Positions 51,715 through 64,000 of a DNA stretch of 64,000 nucleotides are shown piece by piece. The DNA comes from Vicugna vicugna (taxonomy: Eukaryota). The stretch spans positions 4,506,716 through 4,570,715 of the forward strand of contig MU058337.1 in NCBI GenBank assembly GCA_013265495.1, written 5' to 3'. Every line of letters begins with the position of its first letter. The stretch's first letter is position 1. A program made the translations under genes and the position numbers. A model generated the notes under the pieces. That model searched no databases. It worked only from the letters and a program-made list of their open reading frames with translations, and was not told the origin of the DNA.

Positions 51715-51940
51715 AGGTAATAATAAAAACTAATCTTTATAGAATACTTTCTGTGTACTAGGTGCTTTACTCATATTACCTAATTTAGTCCTCAAAACCT
51801 TAGATATGAACTTTTCTTATATTTATCTGAAAGAGAATAAAGCCCAGGTATGAAGAGGTAAAGGAATTTGCCTGACAGCACTCAGCTGATAATTGAAACC
51901 CAAGCAGTCTTACTCCAGAGTGTCTCCTCTTAAATCCCTG
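51715..51940 (-). mobile_element. MIR
   Basis: ATTTAGTCCTCA...GAGGTAAAGGAATTTGCC...GAAACCCAAGCAGTCTTACTCCAGAG. Confidence 0.7.
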
Positions 51941-52087
51941 CATTGCAGCTACCTCCCTGAAGACAGTGTTCGTAGAATGGACGTGAAAGTGGCCAGTATC
52001 GTCTTAGTCTTTCTGTGAATCATTACATCCTGAAACTAAAAGGGAATGCAACATGTTCAGTGTTTAGATATTTAGAATTTGTAATCC

Positions 52088-52410
52088 TTTTTTTATTGAG
52101 CATAATTTACATACATTAAAATGCACAGCTCTTAACTGTAGAGTTTGATGTCTTGGCTACTGTGTGTATCCTTGTGACAACCACCCCAGTTAAGACATAG
52201 AACAGTCTTATCACCGCAGAAGACTCATTCTCAGTTCCATCCAGTTGCTGTCTGTGCCTCCTGCAAGAAGCAGCCACCATTCTGGTTTCTCACTTTAGCT
52301 CAGCCAGTCCTGGAACCTCGTACCATTAAATCACGGAGGCCTCGTGCTGTTGAGTTTGCTTCTTTTACTCAATGTGTTGTTTTCAAGATTCATCTATGTG
52401 ACTACATGTT
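52088..52410 (-). mobile_element. Old L1 3' end
   Basis: TTTTTTATTGAGCATAATTTACATAC...CTTCTTTTACTCAA...AGATTCATC. Confidence 0.75.
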
Positions 52411-52489
52411 AGATGTGTAGAATTTGACGTGGTAACTTCTGTCTTCTTTTGTAAACCAGAAACTCCTAATGGTACAGACTCGCTTGCAG

Positions 52490-52970
52490 GTGACATCCAA
52501 AAGTTGTCCAGAACTATAAAGGATTGGGGAGCTGACCCCACGTGCAAGCTGACAAGTGGCCTGGCCCAGTTAAGAGATGCTGGCTGAAGACGGAGGTTCC
52601 TGGGTCAGAGATACAGGGCCTTATTACTCAGGGCACAGCAGGCTTCATGTTCTCATTTCCCTTGTCCCCAAATCTCCCAGAGTGATGCTGAGTGGCTAGG
52701 AGGCCGGTTACGCACAGTGGATCTGTGTCCCAGCTGAGGAACTCTGAGTTTAGGAAATCGCCCTTCTTTTTAAGGAGCTTCTTGCAAAGCTGCCAACCTT
52801 TGCCCAGGGAGGCATTGTCTTCATTACCCTGGGTGGGAAACAAATCTGCCCTCTCACCTGGTAGCACTATCTTTAGATTCCAAGGTTGTTGGCAATACAA
52901 GTATTCTTGCAGTAGTCTGAGTCAAAAGCTCTCACAAGACAGGCAGAAATGCCGTGGAGAAGTTGTCCTT
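52490..52970 (-). mobile_element. Probable ERV LTR, family unresolved
   Basis: General resemblance to old LTRs (GGTCAGAGATACAGGGCCTTATTACTCA, AAACAAATCTGCC); tentative. Confidence 0.4.
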
Positions 52971-53149
52971 TAAATCTGTTTCTGCCCAGCAACCTTTTCT
53001 TCACTCTCTGGGTTTTCCAGGACTGCCATTCTTGTTGTTCCAAAGATGCACGTAATGTATAGAATACTCTTACTTGGAAATTATCTAAAAAAATGATCCT
53101 GAGGTTTTGAGAAGATAGACAATAGGCAATCCTATTCAATAAACCTACC

Positions 53150-53520
53150 AGCATTTATTAAATAACTGTATATGGAACGTTCCATGTTAGTTGCTGGGAG
53201 AGATTTAAAACATTCTATAAGGATTTGGTCTTTGGCCCCAAAGTACTAAAGCTCAGTGTACAGAGAACACTAGTAACGAGGGAGCCCCGAAGGACAGAAG
53301 CCTGCTGGAGGCTGTAGCATCCATGGAGGATGAACCTGGGAGAAAGGGCATGTTGCTGAGAGGTGTGACCTGAGCTGACTTTTGAACGCGTGCTTCCTTT
53401 GGCAGGAGAGGTGTTCTTGGCAAGGGGAGTAATGTGAGTGAAAGTCAAAGGCTGAGTGGAAGTTCATGTTGGGGATTTGTGGGGATGTTAATGAAATCTT
53501 ATTTTGGAGGACTAGAGGAA
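53150..53520 (-). mobile_element. L2 fragment
   Basis: CATTTATT...GTGACCTGAGCTGACTTTGAA...CAAAGGC reverse L2 pattern. Confidence 0.55.
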
Positions 53521-56500
53521 TCATAATTTGAAGTCCAAAAGCCTGGCAGAAGAGGCAGGCTGGGTGTGGTAAACATTAGAGAACTAGAGGACATTTCTGG
53601 AATGAGAAGACTGACATTTCGTTTGCAGTACTTAAGGTACTTGGGGCATCGGCTTACTTCCCAGAAAGATGGTGTTTTCTCGTGAAACACCACTAAACTG
53701 AAAATGTTACAGGCTCTTTGCCTACAAAGAACTTTTCAGCAACTTGAACCACAGTTTCTTGTACAAGAATCCTGATCCGCTGTTCTGGCTGTGGTAGTGG
53801 ACGTGTTTTAGTAACCCTTGATGACCGCTGCTTAGTGGAGAGATGCATTATGGAACAGTTTGCTAAAAGCACAACTTTTGAAAACAGATTTTTATTTTCT
53901 ACTCCTTTCTATTCTAAAATTTGAATTGTGTTTTAGGGGTCAGTATCTATTTCTTGGTTATCTTAATGCTTAAGAATCCCACAAAATTTATAAAATGACA
54001 TTTTAAGGAAGGTAACTTTTATTAAAATAAGAGCATTAATTAAATTACTAATGGCCATTCAAACCTTACAGATACGTAACTAGTAATACCTTATAAGCAG
54101 CAGTTTTAATTTCTTTGATTTTAGAGCTAGGATCCTTATTGGAGATCCTAGTTAATAAGTTTATAGGATTGATATTTATAGGGCCACAAGCATAATTCAT
54201 ACAATAAGGGGAAGGAATTCATTTTAGGTGACAATAACAGTTGTAGACACACTGTGGTAGGAGCAAATTGGCAGCAAAAATCTGAATTCTGTCATTTCAG
54301 TGGGTAGTGAGTGAATGATTTAATAAACTTTTTTTCTCGCCAGTTAGCCACTAGACAGCTGCACAATGCAAAAGGTCTGAATACCACAGAGTGAAGTAAA
54401 GGGTCTGGTTGTTGTTGAATTAATATAGCTTTGAATAAAAATTTAAAATGTACACCTATGCATATAAACATGCCCGAGTCCAAGTTGTGTCGCATGAATG
54501 GGCACAGCTCTGCATACACTTTCTTGCCCAGTCTCTTTGGTGCCCACTAAGATATATTTGTGAGAGCCTCTGGGAAAGGAAATAAGGGTCATTCAAAACA
54601 TCCTGGGGTACATGTGTGTAAGTTATCATCAGCATCATTTTTTATACCAAAATAATGAAATAATAGTAAATTAGAACAAGGAAACCTATCACGAATACGT
54701 CTTTATTTTAAAGGTCATGGCCCGGCCCAGCCCAGCTGCAGGCTCATGGGCTGTAGTGAGCGCTAACCAGTGATGCGTGGTTTAGTGTGTAAGTGATGAC
54801 ATCTGCTTCTGAGACTGCCACTTAGTGTGCCGCATCTTTTGGAGCAGTACTCCACCTACCTGGGATGGTCAGTCCTGGAGCTAAAGAAGCAATATTGATA
54901 GAGACAGAGGAATAAAATGATCCCTCCTCCTTTGCCAATTATGTCATGAGATTCTGCCTGTTGGACCAAATGAGGGATAGATTTAGGCTGGAGTATTCCA
55001 AACAAAATGAACTTAAAGCTGTCCTTAGATAGCATTTCATGATAAATTGGGTGCATTTTTAAGTTAAAAAATATAGTGAAGGTAGTAATAACTGTAAAGT
55101 AGGTTACGGCCGGAGATTGGTTTATTGTCCTACAGAATGGACTGACAAGTGACCTTGGGGTCTTTGTGCATTTTTTTCTACTTTTAAATTTGTTTGGGTG
55201 TCAATAGGCATACTTACCTAATGAATAATGCCTGCTTTTACTGTGGTTTAGCTTATAAGCACTTAAAAAAATTAATACCCTTGTAAATCTTATAAGTACT
55301 TTAGGAAAATGAATGCCATTGTGAAAATAAAACAGACTTTTTATAGATGTATGGAGTAAGCAATTTTTATGTATTTATCTCTGATTAAAATATTGCTCTG
55401 ACTCTAAACTATGTCTATGTTCAAAGCATGGGCATCTCATTAATATATTGACAACATGATACTATATTTACACTTAATTTGTCTACTTAGCTTTAATGTT
55501 AATGCAGCGAAGCTCAGAATTCACCATGAGATATAAATTATACTTTTATTTAAATTTATTCTGTTCGCTTCTTGTATATCTCATGCAAAACTTAAACATT
55601 CCTTGCTATGAATGTCATCTAAAGTTGTAGGAAAACAACCCCTCCTGTTACACCTTACTGTGCTTTGTTTAAAACAAAAATCAACCTATTTCCCAGTAAA
55701 GCCCTGTTGTTGTGAATATTTAGAGGTTCAGACATGAACTTGAACCCTGAATGTGGGCGTTAACTACACAGGAAAAGAAACTTCATGTTGTCCTTGATTC
55801 TTAGCTTGGGTTTGGATATTAGGTTGATAGATAATTAGGCATTATTGGCAGTTTGGAAGCTGAGTAGGGAGGGGGGCAACCATGTACTGAACTCTAAGCT
55901 GAAAGCAGGTAAACCATATGCTAGATTATCTAGTTCCATTACATCCCATGTTGATTTGCTTTGTGTTATATCCAAATACTTACTTACCTTATTTTTAAGT
56001 ATTGCAGCCTTACTTTGGCTGTACACCAGGGAATTGAGAGAAGGGCCATTTACCTTTGCTTGAACCAGAGTATTAAATTCAGAGCAGTGCCAATATTCTC
56101 TCCCCCGTAGCCATGGTTATTGAGATACCCAAAGGGAAGTTGCACTTCAGGAGACATGACTATGGCTTTAAAAGGCCTGGCTTGCAAACTTGAAAGATCT
56201 TGATTTTGTTTTCTTAAAGCATGTGATAAGTTTTTTTTTCAAAGGTAAATATTTTTGTTTTATGATATTTAAATATTTTATTTTTAATTACATTGCCAGG
56301 GAAGAGTGCAGTTAGGTGAGATGATTTTTACTTCCCCTTTCTACCTTGTTTATTTGGGCCCCCACACTTTAAAGCAACAGCATGTTAGCATGCTGGTGTT
56401 CTTTTGCCTTGATCTATACGCACCTTTAACACCCAGAAACATATAGTGAATATGTGCCCATTGAATTCTCTGTGCATATGTGAGTGTGTCTATACGTATA

Positions 56501-58719
56501 CGTGTGTGTGTATATCTCTTCATCACCTAGGTGTACATGTTATACACAAATGAATCAAACATAGAGACACCTCTTGCTATTTCCTTATCTCCAGTGTGAA
56601 AGATACTTCTGATTGCTTAGAGGGTTTATTGAATGAATGCATTTAGAATAAGTTTGATTTATGTGAAAATGATATTTTTCTTAATGTCCTTAATTCAGAT
56701 ATCTCTAATCTGAACTGGGGAGTTGATCTCTGAGTACAAATAACCACTTTAATAGAGGTTTTTGATATTATTATAATGTTAAAAAGTGAAGCGTTTAAAA
56801 TTGTGGATATTGGTTTGCCTAGGTATTTCCCTTTAATAGGACGCATAGAAAAATCTCAGTCTTTTATGTCCTCTTCCACATGATAGAAGGACCTGCCGGT
56901 AGGTGTCTGAGCTAGACAATTTTGTCTTCTGTTGGCTTGTGCTGGCTGAGATGTCCCCAGTACTGTTGATGGAGATGGCTAGTTTTGTGAACCCTGTCTA
57001 AAAGTCTCTCAGTGCCTCTGTGTTCTTACTGTCTTCCTTGGACAAGACTGCTAGATAAGTTGTGTATTTAAAAAATAACTTTGGCTGCTGCTATTTACTT
57101 TTTTTTTTTTTTTACTGACAAGGACAGCAGTGTAAGTGTGCAAACTTTGGAATGAGATAAAGATTGGAATCCTGGCTGTAATTTCTCTGTACCTCAGAGG
57201 TGTTTTTATTTATTTGCTTGTTTTGTGTTTGGTAGTAGAGGAGCCTACTTCCCTTGTATATTTGTAGTGACGAAGGAGAATCTGTAAGTAAAGAACCTGA
57301 CAAAATACCTAGCGCAGGGACATTTATGCATCAGTCCCTTCCTCCCTATTTCCTTTTCAGAAACAAGCTTATTTTCTTTCCTATATTTTCCAATGGATGC
57401 CCTATGCTAAACATTATTATTTTTTAATTAATTAATATAATATTTTAAAGCTTTATCTATAGCTAATGCTATAGGATACACAAATGAATTTTTAAAAATT
57501 GAAAGAGGTAAAGGTTGAAAGAAGACAGACCTGAGACCTGGTAGAAGCCATGTTCCTGCTGAGCCCCCTTTTGTTCTTTATGGGCCTGAACAGTTCTTTA
57601 CTCGGAAGCCTTCAGGGCCTAAGGGAGCCTGGAACATTCTGTGTTCTGCCCAGAGTGGGCAAATATCTGTGCTAGGATATTACAGTATCTGCTTTTCCTG
57701 TGTGTCTTTTAGAGCTGAGTCTTAGTCATCTATATGTACCAAATTTTAAAATATCTTACAGGCTTTTCTAATGTGTATATTTTACTTTGTCTTTTTTATT
57801 ATCTTCCTTAATTGCTTACATCTAATAATAATTACCTCAAAGTTTTATAGGTTGTTCCCATTCTCTGATGCTTTTTACCTTTTCCTGCCATAATTCTGCT
57901 CAACTTTTTTTTTTTCTGCCATAGATCCACTACTCAACATTTTTTTTTCCTTCTTCTTTGGATTTAAAAATCTCATTTGCAGCTTTGCACTCTTTATTTT
58001 GCTTCTGGGCTTTTATTTCTTCTCACTCCCCACCTCCCCCACTGTGCGTTTAAGCCTTAGTTTTGCTATTGGCGGTGCTGCTTACCCCCTGAAAACTGTT
58101 AATACCCTATCCTGCCAATTTTGTATTATTCACGAAAATTGTAGCATTTTTCTTTGTTCCTACCTGACTACTTTAGGCTCTGTCATTCATTTATTTTCTT
58201 TAGGAAAAAAAAAATAACCCAGATATTTAAAGTCTAGCTTGAATTTGCCTCTTTCAAGGGCCTTGCAGGAAACTCTTTATAAATGAGAATCCTGTCTTGA
58301 CTGGGAGAGAGCTTGGACCCAGCGAACACACTCCCCACTCCAGGATTCAGGTGACCGGGCCGTTTCTAACACCGGCACCACTGGGCTTGTGATGGCTACT
58401 TATTCCTTGGGAGTGACAATGAATAGCAGACTTTACTCATTCTTGGGAGCATCACTGGAAAGCACGAAATTTCAATGTGCTGGGAAAATGTAGTTTAGAG
58501 AACCTAGCAAGTGAAGATGCCCTGATTTGGAATGTCAATCAGCTAATTATTTAACTGATTTCCTATTGAATACTTAAAAATATGATACCAGGAGCAATGA
58601 CGTTTCATTTAAAGTTACTTTGTACTTATTTTGACATTTACTTACTTTATTTATTTAGAATTATATAGTAGTGGTAGTTCCTTCCAGAAGAGGCTGTGTG
58701 TGAGGAAAATACATCTCTG

Positions 58720-58900
58720 CGAGCACGGTAGACCATAGGCAGTCACGTCTGCTCCTCAGAAGAGGGGCCTGGGCTGGGGAAGGACATGCTGGCATCATCA
58801 GTGTGTGGCCAGTGACTGCAAGCTTAGGAGTGAAGGAAGGCCCAGACAAGAGGAGGTGTGAACGCGAAGGACAGCCTAGAGAAGGGCCCTTATAGACTCC
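58720..58900 (-). mobile_element. L2 ORF2 fragment
   Basis: CCTGGGCTGG...GCATCATCAGTGT resembles the reverse L2 RT (ADD motif) region. Confidence 0.5.
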
Positions 58901-60890
58901 AGTGTTTAATAAAATAATAAGCCAGTCAGGCATTTTTATTGACAGCAGAACCAGCTGACTTATTCCTTAGAATTTGAATATCAGTGTGAGAAATGGGCTG
59001 TAGACACTGCAGCTTCTGAATTGATTTTTTTTCTCATTTCAATCAGATTTGAACTCAATAAAGAAAGAAGATACATTAGGATACCCTGTTCTTTTGGTTA
59101 TGATTTTTTGTTTTTTTGTGTATAGTTTAAATCTGTTGTTAATCTTTTTAAGGAGCAGGATTGAACAATTGAAAAAAAGAAAGCAGAGGACTTTTATTGA
59201 CACTTAATTTGCTGAGTTGAGGTTCAGTTTTCTTAAATTAAGAAGTGATTATCTTATGTGGAAAGGAACCCAGTAATATTTTGCATTACTAGAATTTGGA
59301 GGATCTCATCTTAAGATAGAAACTTAAGTTTATACTTCCAAATACAGCTTCCCATATAAACAGTCTTATCATCCGAACATCAGGTCTTTAATTTATGTCA
59401 TTTAGAAGATAGGTTTTATATGACAGACTTAACTTGATTTTTTTTGCTTAGTCTTCTACATCATCATCAAAGTCTTCTATGTCATCGTTAAAGAATTCTA
59501 ATTTGTGTCAAAGTGCTGACTTTCCAGGCATTAGTGTACTCCAAGGTCTTATACCTTTAGCTAAAACATTTTATTATCTGTATCACACTAGCTGCTGTCT
59601 CTGATTTGATCATACCTGTGATTTGTACACTGTGCTGGAATTAAGGGATACAGAACCCAACTTACTCCTGGCTCCTGCTGAGTGTCTGCCTATAGATTGA
59701 TCCTCATCTAGTAGTGAAGATTAACTAAGATGGCATATAGATGTGGGTTTCATCTGTGTAACTGGGTGTAACTGTGGCTGCAGAGGTGTTACTGTTTATC
59801 AGAGCAAGTGACCTTTCCTATCGTTCTCTGTATTTCCAATTCTGCTTGGGTCTGGTCAGCTGAAATGACTGGCCAGATGTTATGATATATTTAGTCAAAG
59901 TCTTCCTTTAAATTTAGCTCTGACACATTGCTCTGTTTTTCTAAATTCTCATTTGTGTAAGTTTAGTTCTCTGAGATAGAATTTAGCAAATTTCTGCTAA
60001 TCGACATTCATATCTTAAGTATTCTTTAGACTGTGGAATCAGCATAATTCACCAGCAAGCTTGTTATTTTTATGAAATTGCTTCAAGTTATTGGGAATTT
60101 GGCTAAACTGCATAAACTGCCAATATATCTATGTCACTTTAGAAAATTTCACTTTAGCCCTTGATTAAAAAAAAACTCTAGAAGGTTTTGCATAACAGAA
60201 TTCCTTTCAGTAAATGTTTAGGGAGGTCAAAGAGTCTGACACATCTGCTTATTAATGCTACCTAAAGTCTGACCTACAACTTTTAAGTGTTACTTTGATA
60301 ATTATTTCATTTTTATAAAATACATAAGGTATGGGTTTTGCACTGATAAGAAAATACTTCTGCCTGCATTACCCTTTCTTCGCAACTGGATGTAATCTCT
60401 TAAATGAATTATTGTATTGAATTTACAATTCAAACATACATACCTTATTTTTGTATTACAGCCATTTGTGCCCATTAAAGTGTAAGTTCCAGTGAGATCT
60501 GAGACTCAATCTGATGCATTACTGAATGTTCAGGACCTAGAGGAGTGTCTTGCAGATAATAGATCCTCAGTAGATATTTAATAATTGCACTGATTGAACT
60601 ATTCAGTTTTAGTATATCTTCAATGTATAATCTGGAGAAGCGAGGAAACTATAAGGAGGAGGTGTAAATAACAGTGGCATCTTCTTTGTATTTGGAAGCT
60701 CTCCCCAGGAGACAACATCATTGCAGCAATTTATTCCTAATTTGCACATTCAAAGAAACTTCAGTTCTAATCTAGTACCGTGTTATAGCCTGGGTCAGAT
60801 CAACAGTCAAACTTAGATGCTCAGGGTTGGAAGAGTCCTGAAGTGTCACCTGTCTCAACCTTCTGTCCAGTGCTTGGGTTCCTTCTGGAG

Positions 60891-61056
60891 CAGTGGTTGT
60901 CAAGCGTGCCCACCTATTTGAACGACTTGAGGAGCTTTAAAATCCAGTGTTAGGCTTCACCTTGGTCCAACTATATCAGAACCTCCATGGTGGGCCCAAG
61001 GCATCAGTCTTTTTTAAAGCTCCTTGGGTGATTCTAGTCAAGGTTCAGAGCCGCTC
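60891..61056. mobile_element. MER5A-like MITE
   Basis: CAGTGGTTGTCAA...GGAGCTTTAAAA...TTAAAGCTCC..GGTGATTCTA...AGAGCCGCT. Confidence 0.75.
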
Positions 61057-61859
61057 TATAAAATCTCTACCAAATGTTTTCCCAGTCTGATTGAACTCCT
61101 CTGGAGATGAGCACCTCACCATCAAACTTAATCTTGTGTTTATTGCATTTATCCAAATAGTGACTTAATTTTAAGAATGTTTAAGTTATATACTAGTTAA
61201 ATTACATAACATAAATCAAGCTTACCAATTTAATACTCGACTGTTGATAAACAACACTGAAGAGAGAGTGACGTTTAAATTTGAATTATCTTCTTTGAAG
61301 TAGTATTGCAGCACTTTTGAATGACTTCCAAAAGGCTGATCATAAAAATCACTTCAATCATTTTCAAATTTTACTTTAGCAGTAATCAAATTACTTAGTG
61401 TGACTCAGATGAACATTCTGCTCTGTCTTAAAATATTATGATCAATTTCTTGTACCTGGGGAAACAGAAGAAATGGACAGATTATTTTTGTATTTACCTG
61501 CCTATACCTGACTGATTTAATACACAGTATTTATAGTTAAAAGTTAGGTAGATCCTTTTGGAAATGTGCTAGCTTCTTAGGATAGTAATGTACCATCTAG
61601 GAAACTTCAACTATACTGAAGGCAGAATGGTGAGGGTTTGGTTTTGTAAATCTCTTTGATTTTAGAGAAACGTGTTTAGAGGAAGTTGTATGTGACCACG
61701 CACAGTTACACGCACACCCGCATTCCTGCTTAGGAACTTATCTGTCTATCTTGAGATCAATTATTTATACGTGAACTCATTTGAGCACTTTTGCATTTCC
61801 TTTAGTCTTTTAGAAGAATGCAGGTACTAAAAGCTGGTACATAACGTCATTATTAAATA

Positions 61860-62085
61860 CTCCAGTAGTTCTGAAGTCGGACAAATCTGGGTCTCGGTCT
61901 CATCCCCACCCCTCCTCTCTGTTTGGCCTAGGGCAAAAATTGTTATTTTGTCTGAGTCTCAGTCTCTGTATTTGTAAAGTAGACGTAAAGACACATATCT
62001 TGTAGGGGTGTTGGGAGGTTTAATAGTAATAATGCATCTGAAGTCTCACAGGAGCCCCTGGGTTATAGGAAGTGCTTATTAACTT
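61860..62085 (+). mobile_element. MIR
   Basis: GGGCAAA...TCTGAGTCTCAGT...TGTAAA...AGGGGTGTTGGGAGG core. Confidence 0.65.
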
Positions 62086-62089
62086 GCAT

Positions 62090-63052
62090 TCTTTATACCA
62101 CTTCATTGAGGTATGATAGACATGTAAAAGCTGTGCATATTTAATGTGTGTCACTGAATTTGGGGATAGTTAGGCAGCTGCTATCACCACCATTAATGCC
62201 ATAGACACATCCATCACTTCCCAAAGTTTCCTCTCACCTCTATTACTATTGTTATTATTATTGAGAAGAACATTTAATGTAAAATCCATCTTATTAGAAA
62301 ATTTTAAGTATAGAATAGAGTCCTGCTAGCTGTAGGCCCTGGGCTGTACAGTCGATCTCCAAAGCTCATTTCTTTTGCATAACTGAATCTTTGTGCTGTT
62401 TGACCTTTACCTCCCTATTTACACCTCCTCCCCCAGCCCCAGGCCATCACCATTCTATTCTGTACTTCTGTGGGTTTGACTTTTTCAGATTCCACATATA
62501 AGTGTGATCACACAGTATTTATCTTTCTATGTCTGGCTTATTTCATTTAGCATAAGGTCCTTCAGGTCATGCATGTTGTCACAAATGGCAGGATTTCCCA
62601 CTTTCTAACGGCTGAGTGATATTCGGTTGTATGCATATACCATATTTTCTTTATCCACACATCCACCAGCGGACTTTTAGATTGTTTCCGTATCTTGGCT
62701 ATTGTGAGTAATCCTGCAATAGTAGCAATGGGAGTACAGGTATTTCTTTGAAATACTGATTTCAGTTCCTTTGGATAAATACCCAGAAGTAGGATTGCTG
62801 GAGCAATTTTTAATTTTTTGAGGAAACTCCATACTGTTTTCCATAATGGTTGTATCAATTTACATTCCCACCAGCCGTGTTACCAGGGCTCCCTTTTCTT
62901 CCTATTCTGAGCAACATTTGTTATCCTTTTTTTTCACAATTGCCATCCTAACAGGTGTGAGGTGATACTTCATTTTGGTTTTGGTTTACATTTTCTTGAT
63001 GGTTAGTGATGTTGAGCACCTTTTCATGTACCTGTTGGCCTTTTGTATATCG
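62090..63052 (-). mobile_element. L1MA-type 3' portion (ORF2 C-terminus plus 3' UTR)
   Basis: ORF 62562-62858 gives [16 protein letters not shown]...LLGIYPKE; typical reverse 3' UTR. Confidence 0.92.
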
Positions 63053-63406
63053 TTTTACTGGGCAGGTTACAATAGTTGTAAAATAAGATCCATTAAGACA
63101 GTAGCAGGACAGACTCCTGAGGCTAGTTCTGTGAAGATCATCTTTTCTCTCCTTTATAAAAAACTACCCTCAGACATGATCTTGGATTGTGCCTTTACCA
63201 AACCGAGTTTGCTATGGAGAGCCCTAATGCTGCAGCACATAGGTAAGGATGGGTCTCTTTAAGGCCACATATATGGTGTAGGAGATGGTTGAGGTCCTGA
63301 GGTTTCCTCTGGGTTACCAGGAAATCTAGTCTTTAAAGATGGTACTCTTTGGGCATCTGTGACCTCCTAACATCTATTTATTGCTAGTCTTCTTGTTTGC
63401 TGCATG

Positions 63407-63637
63407 CAGGGTTGCCAAATAAAATGAAAGACACCCATTTAAATTTGAATTTCAGATAAATAAATAAATAAGTAAGTAAATAAATAAATGAATATTACCA
63501 TAAATATGCCTCGAATATTGCACAAGACAGATTTAAACTAAAAATAAAATAAAGCAATCATTATTTATCTGAAATTCAAATTTAACTGGGCATACTATAG
63601 GTTTCCTATTTTTATTTTTTCTAAATCTGGTGCCATG
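63407..63637. mobile_element. MER53-like palindromic hAT MITE
   Basis: Starts CAGGGTTGCCA; 30-bp inverted arms 63434-63463 / 63561-63590 (29/30 complementary). Confidence 0.85.
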
Positions 63638-64000
63638 GAAGAATGTTTTGGATTAGATGTTTTTCAGGTTTTATCCTGAAGTAAAATGGTAATATTTCAG
63701 AATAAAGTGGAGGGAAGTACTGCTTATGTAAGAGAAAAGCCTAGATTATAGCATTAAAATGGCTTTATTTGTTGAAATATAATTGAAATATTAATTGTTA
63801 AATGTTAAACATAAATTTAAATATTTAATGTTAAATACAATGGCTACAGATTGATAGTAATAAATAAAATTAGACACTGATGATCCAAGTAGAAGAATGT
63901 CTATTTCTCTGATCCCAAGAATTTAAATTAATTCCGAACCTAAACCTCTTCCAACTAGATACTTACAGCATATTAAAGAGCTTGTTTGATAGTCTGGGTG

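Larger units (their letters stand above)
38200..64000 (+). other. FGF14: FGF14 intron 1 of isoform 1b (5' part)
   Basis: Starts at the GTAAG donor; no downstream FGF14 coding exon recognised in the window; this intron is known to be very large. Confidence 0.9.

Noticed and set aside
61225..61400. Minus-strand exon-like stretch (short open frame ending at a G|GTAAG donor)
   Set aside because: The frame is closed by an upstream stop, with no acceptor or homology recognised; an antisense lncRNA exon cannot be supported from sequence alone.

Overview
Mammalian genomic DNA, most likely camelid, judged from three tRNA-derived Vic-1-like SINEs. It holds the 5' end of FGF14 on the + strand: promoter, long 5' leader and the first coding exon of isoform 1b (ATG 37992, 69 codons + 1 nt, GT donor at 38200). 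About 37 kb of repeat-rich upstream DNA and the first ~26 kb of intron 1 flank it. There are two CpG islands (~38.5-40.1 kb and ~44.8-45.6 kb); the second carries a compact RFX/E-box/ETS cassette. The rest is L1, L2, MIR, MaLR/ERVL/ERV1 LTR and hAT MITE remnants, plus two assembly gaps. The best new leads are in the FGF14-1b leader: an in-frame CUG in optimal Kozak context (32-aa extension), three tandem uORFs (one a 47-aa hydrophobic peptide) and a candidate 94-nt leader intron. Repeat family names come from recalled consensus sequences, not a database search, and boundaries are approximate.
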